From assembly GCA_002505695.1 (NCBI GenBank), contig DAVU01000020.1, positions 5,976 through 69,975 of the forward strand: 64,000 bases of DNA. Reading direction: 5' to 3'. This DNA is from Euryarchaeota archaeon UBA487 (GTDB lineage: Archaea; Thermoplasmatota; Poseidoniia; Poseidoniales; Thalassarchaeaceae). This document shows positions 19,239 through 28,379 of the stretch, piece after piece. The notes under the pieces were generated by a model. The model saw only the letters and a program-made list of their open reading frames with translations. It made no database searches and was not told where the DNA came from. Within the stretch, counting starts at the first letter, position 1, and each line of letters begins with the position of its first letter. Both the position numbers and the translations under genes were made by a program.

Positions 19239-21121
19239 GCTCTGTTTCGGATGTCTTCATTTCTAGCGTCCTCTCTTCCTTTCTCCACGTCCACGAGTCG
19301 CATCATTAGCGCACCAGTCAGGATCAACATCGAAACTGCAAGAATGCCTACCCTGCTATCGAAAGCTACGGTCATGAATCCGTAGAGGAGCGGGCCAATT
19401 AGTGCAGCAACTTTACCGAAAAAGCCGAAAAAGCCGAAAAACTCAGCGCTTCTAGTTTCGGGTACCATCTGTCCAAATAGGCTCCTTGCAAGACCTTGAG
19501 AGCCCCCGAGCAGGGTTCCCATGGCGCAACCGAGGATTAGAAACTGAATCCCAACAGAGATTCCCAGTGGCTCCCAGACATACTCTCTTGCATTCTCAGG
19601 TATGGCATCCAACATACCATCACCGAGATTTGTCGGATGGTCTATTCCGACCTCACTAGTCGTGTCAAGAGGGCCGCCTGACACACTTGCGCTGAATCGT
19701 GAGTCAGACAACGATTCCACTAGTGACCTTATTTCCTCATTATCTATGCCAATGAGCAGTTTTGTGTGTCTCTCATCCGTGCTGACTCCGTCGGAGTCCC
19801 TTTCATAAATGAGCCATTTCTTTGTATTGGACCGATCATCCTCCTCCAAAGGGAGCACATGCGCCCATGAAGTGGCCCATCCCTGTTCATCAAACTCGTT
19901 GGCCTCGTAATCTAACTTCTGCGCAATCTGTGGCGTATCGGTGTGCACTTGAACCTCGTATGCCATGGAGGCTTCGTCCCAATCGTACTGGATTTGGTAG
20001 TCATTGTGAGAATCTAACTGAAGTGGGGCGAATGCCAACGCGCCAAAACACAGGAGGACCCATCCCACCAGAGATATGGAAAGCGCTGGCTTTGTCCCAA
20101 CCCTCCCCGCCAACCTAGTGAATGCGACAGCAGAAGGCGCGGCAACGAACTGAATTGCAAGGATCGTCACCATGAGGTCGATCGGGGTAATTCCCAGAAC
20201 CACGGTCCCAAAGACTCCTCCCAGTGCAGTGACGGTGTTAATACCGTCAATGAAGAAAAAGTACGCGAGCATGTAAATGAAAAGGGTCTTGAATTTGTCC
20301 ACTTCCCCTACGGTTTTTCTTATCTCCCTCAGGGCAAGTTTGGTTGACCCAACGAGGCCGAGGGATTCCATTTCGTTTTCGATTGGGGGCTCAGGGACCC
20401 ATCTAAACGTGTACAGTGCGAAGCCATACCACCAGATACCAGAGGTAGCGAGAGCGAAATTAATCGCCCAGTCTGCGTATCCAGTCACCAAAAGCAGCAT
20501 TATGTGAAGAAGGAGGAGGATCCCACCCCCGAAGTACCCATAGGCAAAAGCTAGGTTTGAGATTCTGTCCATCTCATCATCAGTCCCCATGTGAGGTAGT
20601 AGTGCGTTGTAGAAAACTCCAGCTCCGTTCAACCCAATATTCGCAAAGATGAACATGACCATTAGCCATATCCAACGAAGGTCGACTGACAAGAAGGGAG
20701 TAGCACACAATAGGAATGTCGCTCCTGCGCCGAGATAAGTTAGGATTCTCAACCACCACATTTTGATTGCCCTGCGATCGGCAATCACCCCCAACGAGGG
20801 GCTAATTATGGCCACGAGGAGTGCCGCGCCTGAAACGGAAAATGACCAGATAGCATCACTGGTCATTGACTTAGAAAGAATCGTAGTAGTCAGACCATTT
20901 GCCTCGAGGAAAAGGAGGGCGAACCAAAATGGCAGAATAGCGGTTGTGACGCTCGTCTCGAACCCTGATTTTCCCCAGTCATAGAACGCATAACCCCTTA
21001 CAGCAGCCTCGTTGGATTCTCTATCGATTACCACCTCTCCCATGTCCATTCCTCGATGCTCAATGAACAATACATGGTATGAGCGTTGCCACTGCAAATC
21101 GCTGCTAAAGGCACTATGCAC
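19235..21121 (-). CDS. MFS transporter, UMF1 / Atg22-like family, with large soluble insertion
   Basis: YAFYDWGKSGFETSVTTAILPFWF N-terminal signature and about 12 TM. The true start may be the MDMGEV Met at 21049. Confidence 0.7.
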   Translation of the reverse strand: MHSAFSSDLQWQRSYHVLFIEHRGMDMGEVVIDRESNEAAVRGYAFYDWGKSGFETSVTTAILPFWFALLFLEANGLTTTILSKSMTSDAIWSFSVSGAALLVAIISPSLGVIADRRAIKMWWLRILTYLGAGATFLLCATPFLSVDLRWIWLMVMFIFANIGLNGAGVFYNALLPHMGTDDEMDRISNLAFAYGYFGGGILLLLHIMLLLVTGYADWAINFALATSGIWWYGFALYTFRWVPEPPIENEMESLGLVGSTKLALREIRKTVGEVDKFKTLFIYMLAYFFFIDGINTVTALGGVFGTVVLGITPIDLMVTILAIQFVAAPSAVAFTRLAGRVGTKPALSISLVGWVLLCFGALAFAPLQLDSHNDYQIQYDWDEASMAYEVQVHTDTPQIAQKLDYEANEFDEQGWATSWAHVLPLEEDDRSNTKKWLIYERDSDGVSTDERHTKLLIGIDNEEIRSLVESLSDSRFSASVSGGPLDTTSEVGIDHPTNLGDGMLDAIPENAREYVWEPLGISVGIQFLILGCAMGTLLGGSQGLARSLFGQMVPETRSAEFFGFFGFFGKVAALIGPLLYGFMTVAFDSRVGILAVSMLILTGALMMRLVDVEKGREDARNEDIRNRA

Positions 21122-21419
21122 CCTCAGAGGGATTATGGGAACTAGTATTTCTCGTCTTGAGGAGCCAGAAATACGACCCGATTAGGATGAATAAACATAA
21201 AATGGCCAGATTGACTCCTAGAAGAGGGTGTATCATAATCATTACACTGACTATGGACTCGCTGTAGAGTGCTTCAGTATCACCTCCATTCCATAGGTAA
21301 GCAAAACCAGCGATCAAGGCTGCGAGAAGGACCGTGATAACAATTGGAGCTATGATCACGATGAACATGGACGTAATCAAAAGGTCCGTCGCGAGCATGG
21401 ATTTCTTCTTCTTTTCCAT
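21114..21419 (-). CDS. hypothetical small membrane protein (3 TM)
   Basis: 101-aa hydrophobic ORF, AT-rich. Overlaps the 5' end of the long form of the MFS ORF. Confidence 0.4.
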   Translation of the reverse strand: MEKKKKSMLATDLLITSMFIVIIAPIVITVLLAALIAGFAYLWNGGDTEALYSESIVSVMIMIHPLLGVNLAILCLFILIGSYFWLLKTRNTSSHNPSEGA

Positions 21420-21526
21420 AAACGACCCACATTTTATGTTTAGAAGAAAATATTGGTATTTATTTTGCCCCGAAACAGCACTGTTACATAGGCTAATTCA
21501 TCATCTCTGTCTACCTCAGATAACAC

Positions 21527-22585
21527 ATGGCTGACGTGGCATGGAGGAAACCGAAAGAAAATTCCATTGCCGCCCTGGAGTACGGAATGGAACATGCGGA
21601 TGGCGTCGAGATGGATCTACGCCTCACAGCCGAAGGGGAAGTCGTTATTCACCATGATCCGCGAACGCCATCGGGGAAGTACCCTGAGAGATATGGATAC
21701 GATGACTTGAAACAAGAAGTGGCCCTTTTTGATGATCTTCTCGATAACAGCGGGTTTGTGGACAGGTGGGTCAACGAGGCTCGCTTTGTGTGCCTTGAGT
21801 TGAAGGCGCCTCATCCTTCTTCGGGCGCTGGAGGCGGCTGGTTGAGGGGAAAAAAGATGCATGACCACCTATCCAGGCTACTGAAATCTGTAAGGTCAAG
21901 AATAGAAGAGATTCAAGTCCCAGTCCAGTCCACTGTTTTCTATTCTTTCGACCCCTACATTACACCCGTCTCCAATAGTGGCTCAGGCATGTACCGGCAT
22001 GCTAGGTTGATGCCAAAATTGAGGCAATGGGGAAATTGGAGCACCCAAAGAGCAGTGGCATCTCCCTCATTCGTATCAACATCAGTGCCTCGCCTACTTG
22101 CAAAGCAGAGGAGGTTAGGAGCCCCAATGCTCCCATTGGCTCTTGAGTACATTCATGGATGGACACGCCACATTCCCCTTGGCACGTCAGTTGGACTGAA
22201 GGGCGCGGCACTTGACCGCTTCAATAGAATCAGGCGTGGACACCCGGTCTATGTCTGGCCCGCCCCGCTCGAGCTGGAGCCACAATTGCTCGATGCAGGG
22301 TTATCCTGTATCTCAGACAGCATAAACCATGAATTGGCGAATACAGATGGGTCGAATAGATGCATGAGGCCAGCGACAATGCCAAAGATCGAGGGTGTTC
22401 GTCAACCATGGCATGAGATTTCAGGTTCCGAGAGGATGCGAGTAATATCCGATTGGCGAAAAAAATGGGGTTGGAGCACCTCATTGGCGGAATTGAAGAA
22501 TCTGACCTCTGAGAGTACAATGCCATGGGAAGTGCCTAGGCTGATTGGACATAGAGGGACGGGGAAGAACAAAGGGACTCTATGA
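21527..22585 (+). CDS. glycerophosphodiester phosphodiesterase (GDPD)-like protein
   Basis: ENSIAALEYGMEHADGVEMDLRLTAEGEVVIHHD matches the GDPD ENT...E-D...HD core. The N-terminal HRG motif is degenerate (AWRK). Confidence 0.6.
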   Translation: MADVAWRKPKENSIAALEYGMEHADGVEMDLRLTAEGEVVIHHDPRTPSGKYPERYGYDDLKQEVALFDDLLDNSGFVDRWVNEARFVCLELKAPHPSSGAGGGWLRGKKMHDHLSRLLKSVRSRIEEIQVPVQSTVFYSFDPYITPVSNSGSGMYRHARLMPKLRQWGNWSTQRAVASPSFVSTSVPRLLAKQRRLGAPMLPLALEYIHGWTRHIPLGTSVGLKGAALDRFNRIRRGHPVYVWPAPLELEPQLLDAGLSCISDSINHELANTDGSNRCMRPATMPKIEGVRQPWHEISGSERMRVISDWRKKWGWSTSLAELKNLTSESTMPWEVPRLIGHRGTGKNKGTL

Positions 22586-23755
22586 CTCGAGTCTCCTGAT
22601 TGGTTGATTCTTGGCGATGTACTTCGGCCGGTATATAGGAGTCCCTCTTCCGCCTCTTGCCGCTCTCTCATCTAGGATCTGTGCCGTGATGCCTGCGACC
22701 CTTGACCATCCAAAGAAAGTAGTGTAGTAATCCGGTTTCCTGAATCCTACAGATTGCAACAGGGCACCGCTCGCTATATCGACATTAGGGAATGGATTGG
22801 AGATCTTCGGGATCTCGGATAATATTGGTGGAACTACCTCCCTTAGTGTCTTGACGGTTCTGAAATCAGGGTCCTCCGGGCAAACCTCCTCGCCAAGTTC
22901 AATCAAAAGTCGGGCCCTTGGGTCCTCTGCTCTCAATACTCCATGTCCAAACCCATAGATCGGCCTCTTGGAAGAGAGTTCTCTCCTAACGAAGTTTTCA
23001 ATATCATCAGGGTCATCAGTTCCTATTCTCTTAACGAACTCAAGACATGATTGATTTGCTCTTCCATGGAGGGGGCCAGACAATGCTGACATGGCAGATG
23101 AAATCGCCGCGTATATCGAGGCCCTCCCTGAGGCTACCGCTTTTCCTGAAAATGTTGAGAGGTTCCCGCCACCATGGTCCATGTGTAGGATGAAGAAGAA
23201 CCTCAATACCCTATTCATGCGTTCTGCCTCGTCGCCATCGATTCCGAGTATGTGAGTAAAATTCTCGACGAGGCCAAGTTGTGGCCTTGAGTCTCGAGTC
23301 TGGAGTTTTTTGCCACCACGCAGATGGAAAATCCTTGCCATGAGCTCCGGCATTCTAGCAACCAAGTTCATTGAATCCGTTCTCAAATCTCCTGTCGTAT
23401 CCGATATACCGAGCGCGAGTATGCCTGTTGAAAGCCAGTCCATCGGATGGCCTGTTCCGGGAGTCAAGGATTCCAAGACTCTCAGGGCTCCCGTAGGCAT
23501 CTCTTCCGCTCTATGGGCAAGTTCTGCCCGGAAGTCATTACTTTCTTCCTCTGTAGGGAGGCGTTTATTGAAGAGCAGGTAGATTACGTCCTCCTCTTCC
23601 ATATTTACGAGATCCTCCACAGGATAGCCCACATAGTGGACTCCCTCGATCGGGTCGACGAAAGATGTCTGGCAAGTGCCCACTGGAATCCCTCTTAGGC
23701 CTGAGTCGAGGTTGGAGTCCCGAATCTCGAAAATCGGGGTGTCGTCATCTCCCAT
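22580..23755 (-). CDS. gltA: citrate synthase
   Basis: MDHGGGNLST, GFGHGVLRAEDPRA, and a C-terminal IYRPK-type segment. Confidence 0.92.
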   Translation of the reverse strand: MGDDDTPIFEIRDSNLDSGLRGIPVGTCQTSFVDPIEGVHYVGYPVEDLVNMEEEDVIYLLFNKRLPTEEESNDFRAELAHRAEEMPTGALRVLESLTPGTGHPMDWLSTGILALGISDTTGDLRTDSMNLVARMPELMARIFHLRGGKKLQTRDSRPQLGLVENFTHILGIDGDEAERMNRVLRFFFILHMDHGGGNLSTFSGKAVASGRASIYAAISSAMSALSGPLHGRANQSCLEFVKRIGTDDPDDIENFVRRELSSKRPIYGFGHGVLRAEDPRARLLIELGEEVCPEDPDFRTVKTLREVVPPILSEIPKISNPFPNVDIASGALLQSVGFRKPDYYTTFFGWSRVAGITAQILDERAARGGRGTPIYRPKYIAKNQPIRRLES

Positions 23756-23818
23756 AATCGGCCCCTAAATTATCCCATAACATAATCTCTCCGGACAATA
23801 GTCCCTTGTTACTGAGTT

Positions 23819-24997
23819 TCAAATTAGTCCCAATCGCCTTCCAACTTCCGCGAAGTGGATCAGCACCTCATCAAGGTCAGACTTGGAGAGTCCTGATGAA
23901 ATCTGAGTTCGGACTCTTGCCTTGTCTCGTGCGACCATTGGGAAAACAATCGCCCCTACCATTACTCCCCTCTTTCGAAGCTCGCCTGCAAGCTCCTGGG
24001 CTAATCTGCTTTCTCCACACATTACGGGTATAATTGGCGTGGTTGAAACTCCGGTGTCGAATCCTAGAGAATTGAGCTCTTTGCGGAAGTATTCTGTGTT
24101 GTCCCATAATTTCTGAACATGATGCGGCTCGTCCCGGAGAACTTCTATGGATGCCTTTTGCGCTGCTGCAACACCCGGTGGTTGACTACCTGAAAGCAAC
24201 CATGACCTACTGTGATTCAATGCATGGTTCCTGAGATCCTCTGATCCCGCGATGATGCCCCCTTGGACGCCAAGAGCCTTCGAATATGAGCCGCCTTCGA
24301 CGGTCACCCTTCCCTGCAGATTAAAATGCGCAACGATGCCTTTTCCTCCGCCCAGAACTCCCTCGCCATGGCAGTCATCAACCATCACCATGGCATCATG
24401 GTCCTCGGCTAGTTCCACAATCTCGTCAAGAGGTGCTATGTCCCCATCCATGCTGAAAACTCCATCTGTGATAACAAGCTTCCTTTCGGCATCACCGGAG
24501 TTTTTCAACGCATTTTCTAGGCCGCTCATGTCATTATGTGGGTATACTGCTCTCTGAGCCTTCGTTAGCCTAACGCCATCAATTATCGAGCCGTGATTGA
24601 GTTCATCTGAAATGATCAGATCTTGGGAGCCTTGGACAAGAGTTGGGATCAAGCCTACGTTAGCGGTGTAGCCAGCAGAATAGATTAGCGCAGCTTCGAC
24701 TCCCTTGAAATCCGCTGCAGCCTTTTCTGCTTGAAGGTGTATGTCCAGTGTTCCTGCGATAGCCCTCACCGACCCAGATCCAGCCCCATATTTCCTGGTT
24801 GCTTCGATAGAGGCCTCAACAACTTTCGGATGGGTGGTTAAGTTGAGGTAGTTATTTGCGGATAACATAATCATTTCAACCCCGTTGATCGTGCACCTAG
24901 GTTCGTTTGCTGACTCAAGTATCGGTGGCTCCCAAGCCAAACCACTCTCCAACAATTGTTTGTGCCTCTCTTTCATCCACGAAAGGTCTGTTGCCAT
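23819..24997 (-). CDS. kbl: 2-amino-3-ketobutyrate CoA ligase / 8-amino-7-oxononanoate synthase family (PLP)
   Basis: NNYLNL, DELNHGSIIDG, DGVFSMDGDIAPL, DDCHGEG, PLP-Lys context SYSKALG. Confidence 0.85.
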   Translation of the reverse strand: MATDLSWMKERHKQLLESGLAWEPPILESANEPRCTINGVEMIMLSANNYLNLTTHPKVVEASIEATRKYGAGSGSVRAIAGTLDIHLQAEKAAADFKGVEAALIYSAGYTANVGLIPTLVQGSQDLIISDELNHGSIIDGVRLTKAQRAVYPHNDMSGLENALKNSGDAERKLVITDGVFSMDGDIAPLDEIVELAEDHDAMVMVDDCHGEGVLGGGKGIVAHFNLQGRVTVEGGSYSKALGVQGGIIAGSEDLRNHALNHSRSWLLSGSQPPGVAAAQKASIEVLRDEPHHVQKLWDNTEYFRKELNSLGFDTGVSTTPIIPVMCGESRLAQELAGELRKRGVMVGAIVFPMVARDKARVRTQISSGLSKSDLDEVLIHFAEVGRRLGLI

Positions 24998-25071
24998 ATC
25001 ACAAAGCCGGAGGTCGAAAGTAAATGGCTGTTTTCAAAAGGATTTCAAGAACATAAAAGTGCTCTTGCCTA

Positions 25072-25422
25072 TTGGGGCCAATCATGTCGCTGTATGAGAA
25101 GATGGAAAAGGCAATGGATCAGAGGGATGCTGCAATATATGCTGAGGTGCTTCACCCTGATTTTACATTTGTCAGACACCAATCTGGGACGGAAATGTCG
25201 AGAGATCAAATGGTAGAAATGTTGAACATGATGATGAGCAATGATAAGGTCGTAATATTGGATTCAAGATGCATATACGAAAACGATGACGTCCTCGTTG
25301 AGCATTCATTGATGGACTTCCCAGATGGATCTAGAGAGGCTGTCATGGGTGTGCACGTCAAGAAAGACGGCTTGATCTTCAAGACTGAAACTGGTGCTAC
25401 CTTGATCGATAAGGGAGAATGA
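25072..25422 (+). CDS. NTF2-fold (SnoaL/DUF4440-like) small protein
   Basis: About 112 aa. The pattern LYEKMEKAMDQRDAAIYAEVLHPDFTFV is typical of SnoaL-like domains. The start may be ATG 25084. Confidence 0.4.
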   Translation: MGPIMSLYEKMEKAMDQRDAAIYAEVLHPDFTFVRHQSGTEMSRDQMVEMLNMMMSNDKVVILDSRCIYENDDVLVEHSLMDFPDGSREAVMGVHVKKDGLIFKTETGATLIDKGE

Positions 25423-25490
25423 ATAGCCTATTGAAGTTTGATTGGGAATAATACGGGGTATTAATTGCAACATATTTCTGGGGTAAAACA

Positions 25491-25925
25491 ATGGAAATGA
25501 CCGGCGTAGTGGCCAGCGGCCTTGGGCGCGCCCAGATCTTCATGGCCCAAACCCACTACCAAGATCAATTCAGAGAAATTCTCGGAGCCACGGCCTGGCC
25601 GGGAACGCTTAACATCGAGTTGTCGGAAGAAAACCTCCAAACATATAGACAATTGAGATTCCTTGCAGGTCTTGAAGAACTAGAAGGAGCAGGGGTCGCT
25701 CATCCTGTCAGAGTTCATGGTTTCGAGAGGGAGGGGCGTTCTTTTGGGGGTGCTACCGCATTCTTGGCTATGATTTCCAAGAAAGGTGAAAATTGGTATA
25801 AATGTGCCATACTCATTCCCGATCTTACAAGGCACACCGAAACTGCGGAGATTATCGCATCCTCTTTCCTAAGGGAATTGTTGCCTGTGAATGATGGGGA
25901 CGAAGTTCGCCTAATCATCGAGTGA
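25491..25925 (+). CDS. ribK: CTP-dependent riboflavin kinase, archaeal (MJ0056/DUF120 family)
   Basis: GVVASGLGRAQIFM...FREILGATAWPGTLNI signature. Confidence 0.8.
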   Translation: MEMTGVVASGLGRAQIFMAQTHYQDQFREILGATAWPGTLNIELSEENLQTYRQLRFLAGLEELEGAGVAHPVRVHGFEREGRSFGGATAFLAMISKKGENWYKCAILIPDLTRHTETAEIIASSFLRELLPVNDGDEVRLIIE

Positions 25926-26814
25926 TCCTAATAGTCCAATCAAACTCTAACATAAGCCTAATTTCCACCAATGCCATGTTCCTCCATCTTTGGAACGCCC
26001 TGGGCTCCGTATTCCCAGAGAGTGGTATTGTTGCAGTAGACGGCAATTCCGATGACCAGGACTCTGGCGCGTCTTTGTGATCTATCTGCCAGAGAACGAG
26101 TGCGTCTGCTGGGGCCCTTCCAAAGTCCCGAGCAGTTTCGGGAAAAGACAGGGCTTGTTGAATCTCCGTTGGCCCAACATCATCATTACTTACTCTCATT
26201 AAACATGAAGCTACTTTCCTGACTTGATTCCACAGAAATGACTCTGCAGATATTACGAGTCCGATCACATAGCCGTCCGGTCTCCTCCATAACCTGCAAT
26301 CATCCACCGTGCGAATAGGCGTTCTGTCTTGATCGGGCCTTGAAAAAGCCGAGAAATCGTGATTCCCGATGAATAATTCACATGCACGTTCCAACTTATC
26401 AGGGTCCGCACCAGGATTCCACCCTGGAATCATATCCAGTCGATAGAGGTATGTCCTTGAAGATGCTACGCGAACAGGAATAGTGCTATTCCTCTTCACA
26501 GCACCCCATAGACATAGATTGGAAGATACCCTGTCCCCGAGGGCCCTCAATACCATTTTTGCATCCAACTGCTGCATCAACTCACTATCCAGCTGCAGAT
26601 CTATCAGATTCATTCTTGCGCTGACGCCTGAGTCAGTTCTCGAGGAGACTCTGACGGTCCCCCTATGGGCCCACCCTAGGTCTTGGACCGCCTCTTGGAT
26701 CTCGCCCTGAACTGTGACATCCATGGGTTGTATCTGAGAACCACAAAACTCAGAGCCATGGTATCCCGCTGCAATCAGAAAACTTTCGTCCACAGGACCC
26801 TCTGACACACTCAA
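25915..26814 (-). CDS. truA: tRNA pseudouridine synthase A (TruA/Pus1 family)
   Basis: Catalytic motif SSRTDSGVSA (RTDxGV), plus later HDFSAF and FLWNQVR motifs. Confidence 0.8.
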   Translation of the reverse strand: MSVSEGPVDESFLIAAGYHGSEFCGSQIQPMDVTVQGEIQEAVQDLGWAHRGTVRVSSRTDSGVSARMNLIDLQLDSELMQQLDAKMVLRALGDRVSSNLCLWGAVKRNSTIPVRVASSRTYLYRLDMIPGWNPGADPDKLERACELFIGNHDFSAFSRPDQDRTPIRTVDDCRLWRRPDGYVIGLVISAESFLWNQVRKVASCLMRVSNDDVGPTEIQQALSFPETARDFGRAPADALVLWQIDHKDAPESWSSELPSTATIPLSGNTEPRAFQRWRNMALVEIRLMLEFDWTIRITR

Positions 26815-27398
26815 TCCTCAATTAGGTATTCCATCGCTTCGTCGACAGACTGGAAACCGAGACCCAACAAGGAAAACTCAACTGCGTCCTTGATGAACTG
26901 TCTTGCTATTGGGGCGCTTCTATCGAAATTTGTCTTTACATCAATTGATTCTATCAGTAATCTTGCTGCCTCGTAGAGGTGGAATGAGATATCCACCTCT
27001 TCGGAATTAGAGCCTAAGTCCACAAGTTTCCTTAATTCCCTGACTGCCATGGGTATTCTGTCGAACTCAATCAAAGCATTCGCGTAGGCAGCCCTGTAGT
27101 CTGCATTATCTGGAGCGAGTGAACAAGCCCTGCGTAAGTAAGACTGAACTTGCCCCTCATTTATTCTGTCGTTCCCCTTATCATCGAGGTTTCCATTTTC
27201 TTGTATCTCAAAGAGAGCTGCCTCTGCCCACCCATGGTACCCTGATGGGTCGTCAGGGGAGCTAGTGATGTGCTCTTCGAAGGTGGCCATTGCCCCCATG
27301 TAATCACCTTGAGTTATTTGCTGGGCCGCTAACGTCACGATATCTTCCGCCATTGTCGTCTCACTCCTATCAGGCCGTGGATGCAATCCAGTTATCAA
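26811..27398 (-). CDS. TPR-like helical repeat protein
   Basis: Helical repeats (GDYMGAMATFEEHI, YRAAYANALIEF). ATGA overlap with truA. The start may be Met at 27353. Confidence 0.4.
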   Translation of the reverse strand: MITGLHPRPDRSETTMAEDIVTLAAQQITQGDYMGAMATFEEHITSSPDDPSGYHGWAEAALFEIQENGNLDDKGNDRINEGQVQSYLRRACSLAPDNADYRAAYANALIEFDRIPMAVRELRKLVDLGSNSEEVDISFHLYEAARLLIESIDVKTNFDRSAPIARQFIKDAVEFSLLGLGFQSVDEAMEYLIED

Positions 27399-27422
27399 CG
27401 ATATGTTTGTTCCCGATCGAGG

Positions 27423-28358
27423 TCAGTCCCCGCTATTCTGTTTAAACTCATCAGATGCTTGGTTGATTAGTTGATGTATGCTTTCAGGAGAATGGATTCC
27501 GTAGATACAAGATTCTGGAGTGTTTATCGCCCTCGGCCTGCTTCTTTTGAAAGAAATGACGAGTCCTATCCTTGAGAGTAGCTTCTTACTTTTATCTCCG
27601 GAGTCGGACATTGATGGGTCGCCCGCTATGCCGGCCGAGGCCGAGGTAGACTCTGAGCCTACATTCAGGCCAGATGCAGTCAAAATTTGAATGGTGCCAA
27701 ACCTGAGCAGTCTTCCGAGTACGGTTGTATCCACGATAAGATTCTCTATCCTGTCGTATCCAATGCTTTGACTCGAAGCGTCCACATACATGAATTTCTT
27801 TATCAAGTGAATTCTCTTATTCGTAATTGCATAGGTGAATGATCTTTGGTAGATCGCAGATATGGAAATCATTGTGAATGAGAAAAAAGCCCCCAACAGC
27901 AGATAATGCCCCTCGCTGAATGCAGGAGTGGTCGAGGCCTCTGAGTTTATGATTCCAGCAACGTCGAAGCCAGTTTCAACTCCTGCCCAGAAAATCGGAG
28001 CCGATGCTGAAATCACCGTCCACATCAAGGTCCATTTTCCTGACATGGGGCCATTTTGAAAGTGAATGAATTTCGCAACTATCAGCAAGGTTGCGAACAG
28101 TCCGATGACACCTGTTAGATCCGCGAAAAGATGTGTTGATTTTACCAAGAAGGCTAACTGGCCCTCACCTGTTGGCCTGTCGACCACGTTCGCCCACCAG
28201 AAGATGAGGTACGTTGCAAGTATTGCTCCTCCGAGCATGTACCTCCCGAACATACTGCGGGACGTCGGGCTTCCAATCCAGAGGATTTCTTCGCTTTCTG
28301 TCATTGTTGGTATTTTTTGTCTGATGGGCTTGATTAGGTTGGTGTCAGGCCCAGCCAT
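27423..28358 (-). CDS. membrane protein with bacterial PH domain (bPH_2 / YdbT-DUF304-like)
   Basis: Multiple TM segments. YAITNKRIHLIKKFMYVDASSQSIGYDRIENLIVDTTVLGRLLRFGTIQI matches the DUF304 pattern. Confidence 0.6.
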   Translation of the reverse strand: MAGPDTNLIKPIRQKIPTMTESEEILWIGSPTSRSMFGRYMLGGAILATYLIFWWANVVDRPTGEGQLAFLVKSTHLFADLTGVIGLFATLLIVAKFIHFQNGPMSGKWTLMWTVISASAPIFWAGVETGFDVAGIINSEASTTPAFSEGHYLLLGAFFSFTMISISAIYQRSFTYAITNKRIHLIKKFMYVDASSQSIGYDRIENLIVDTTVLGRLLRFGTIQILTASGLNVGSESTSASAGIAGDPSMSDSGDKSKKLLSRIGLVISFKRSRPRAINTPESCIYGIHSPESIHQLINQASDEFKQNSGD

Positions 28359-28379
28359 GATATCCGACGAGGGTTCATT

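Noticed and set aside
19416-19442. Three tandem copies of a 9-nt unit (ccgaaaaag)
   Set aside because: It is in frame within the MFS transporter and encodes FFGFFGFFG in a TM helix. It is a coding micro-repeat, not a CRISPR or regulatory repeat.
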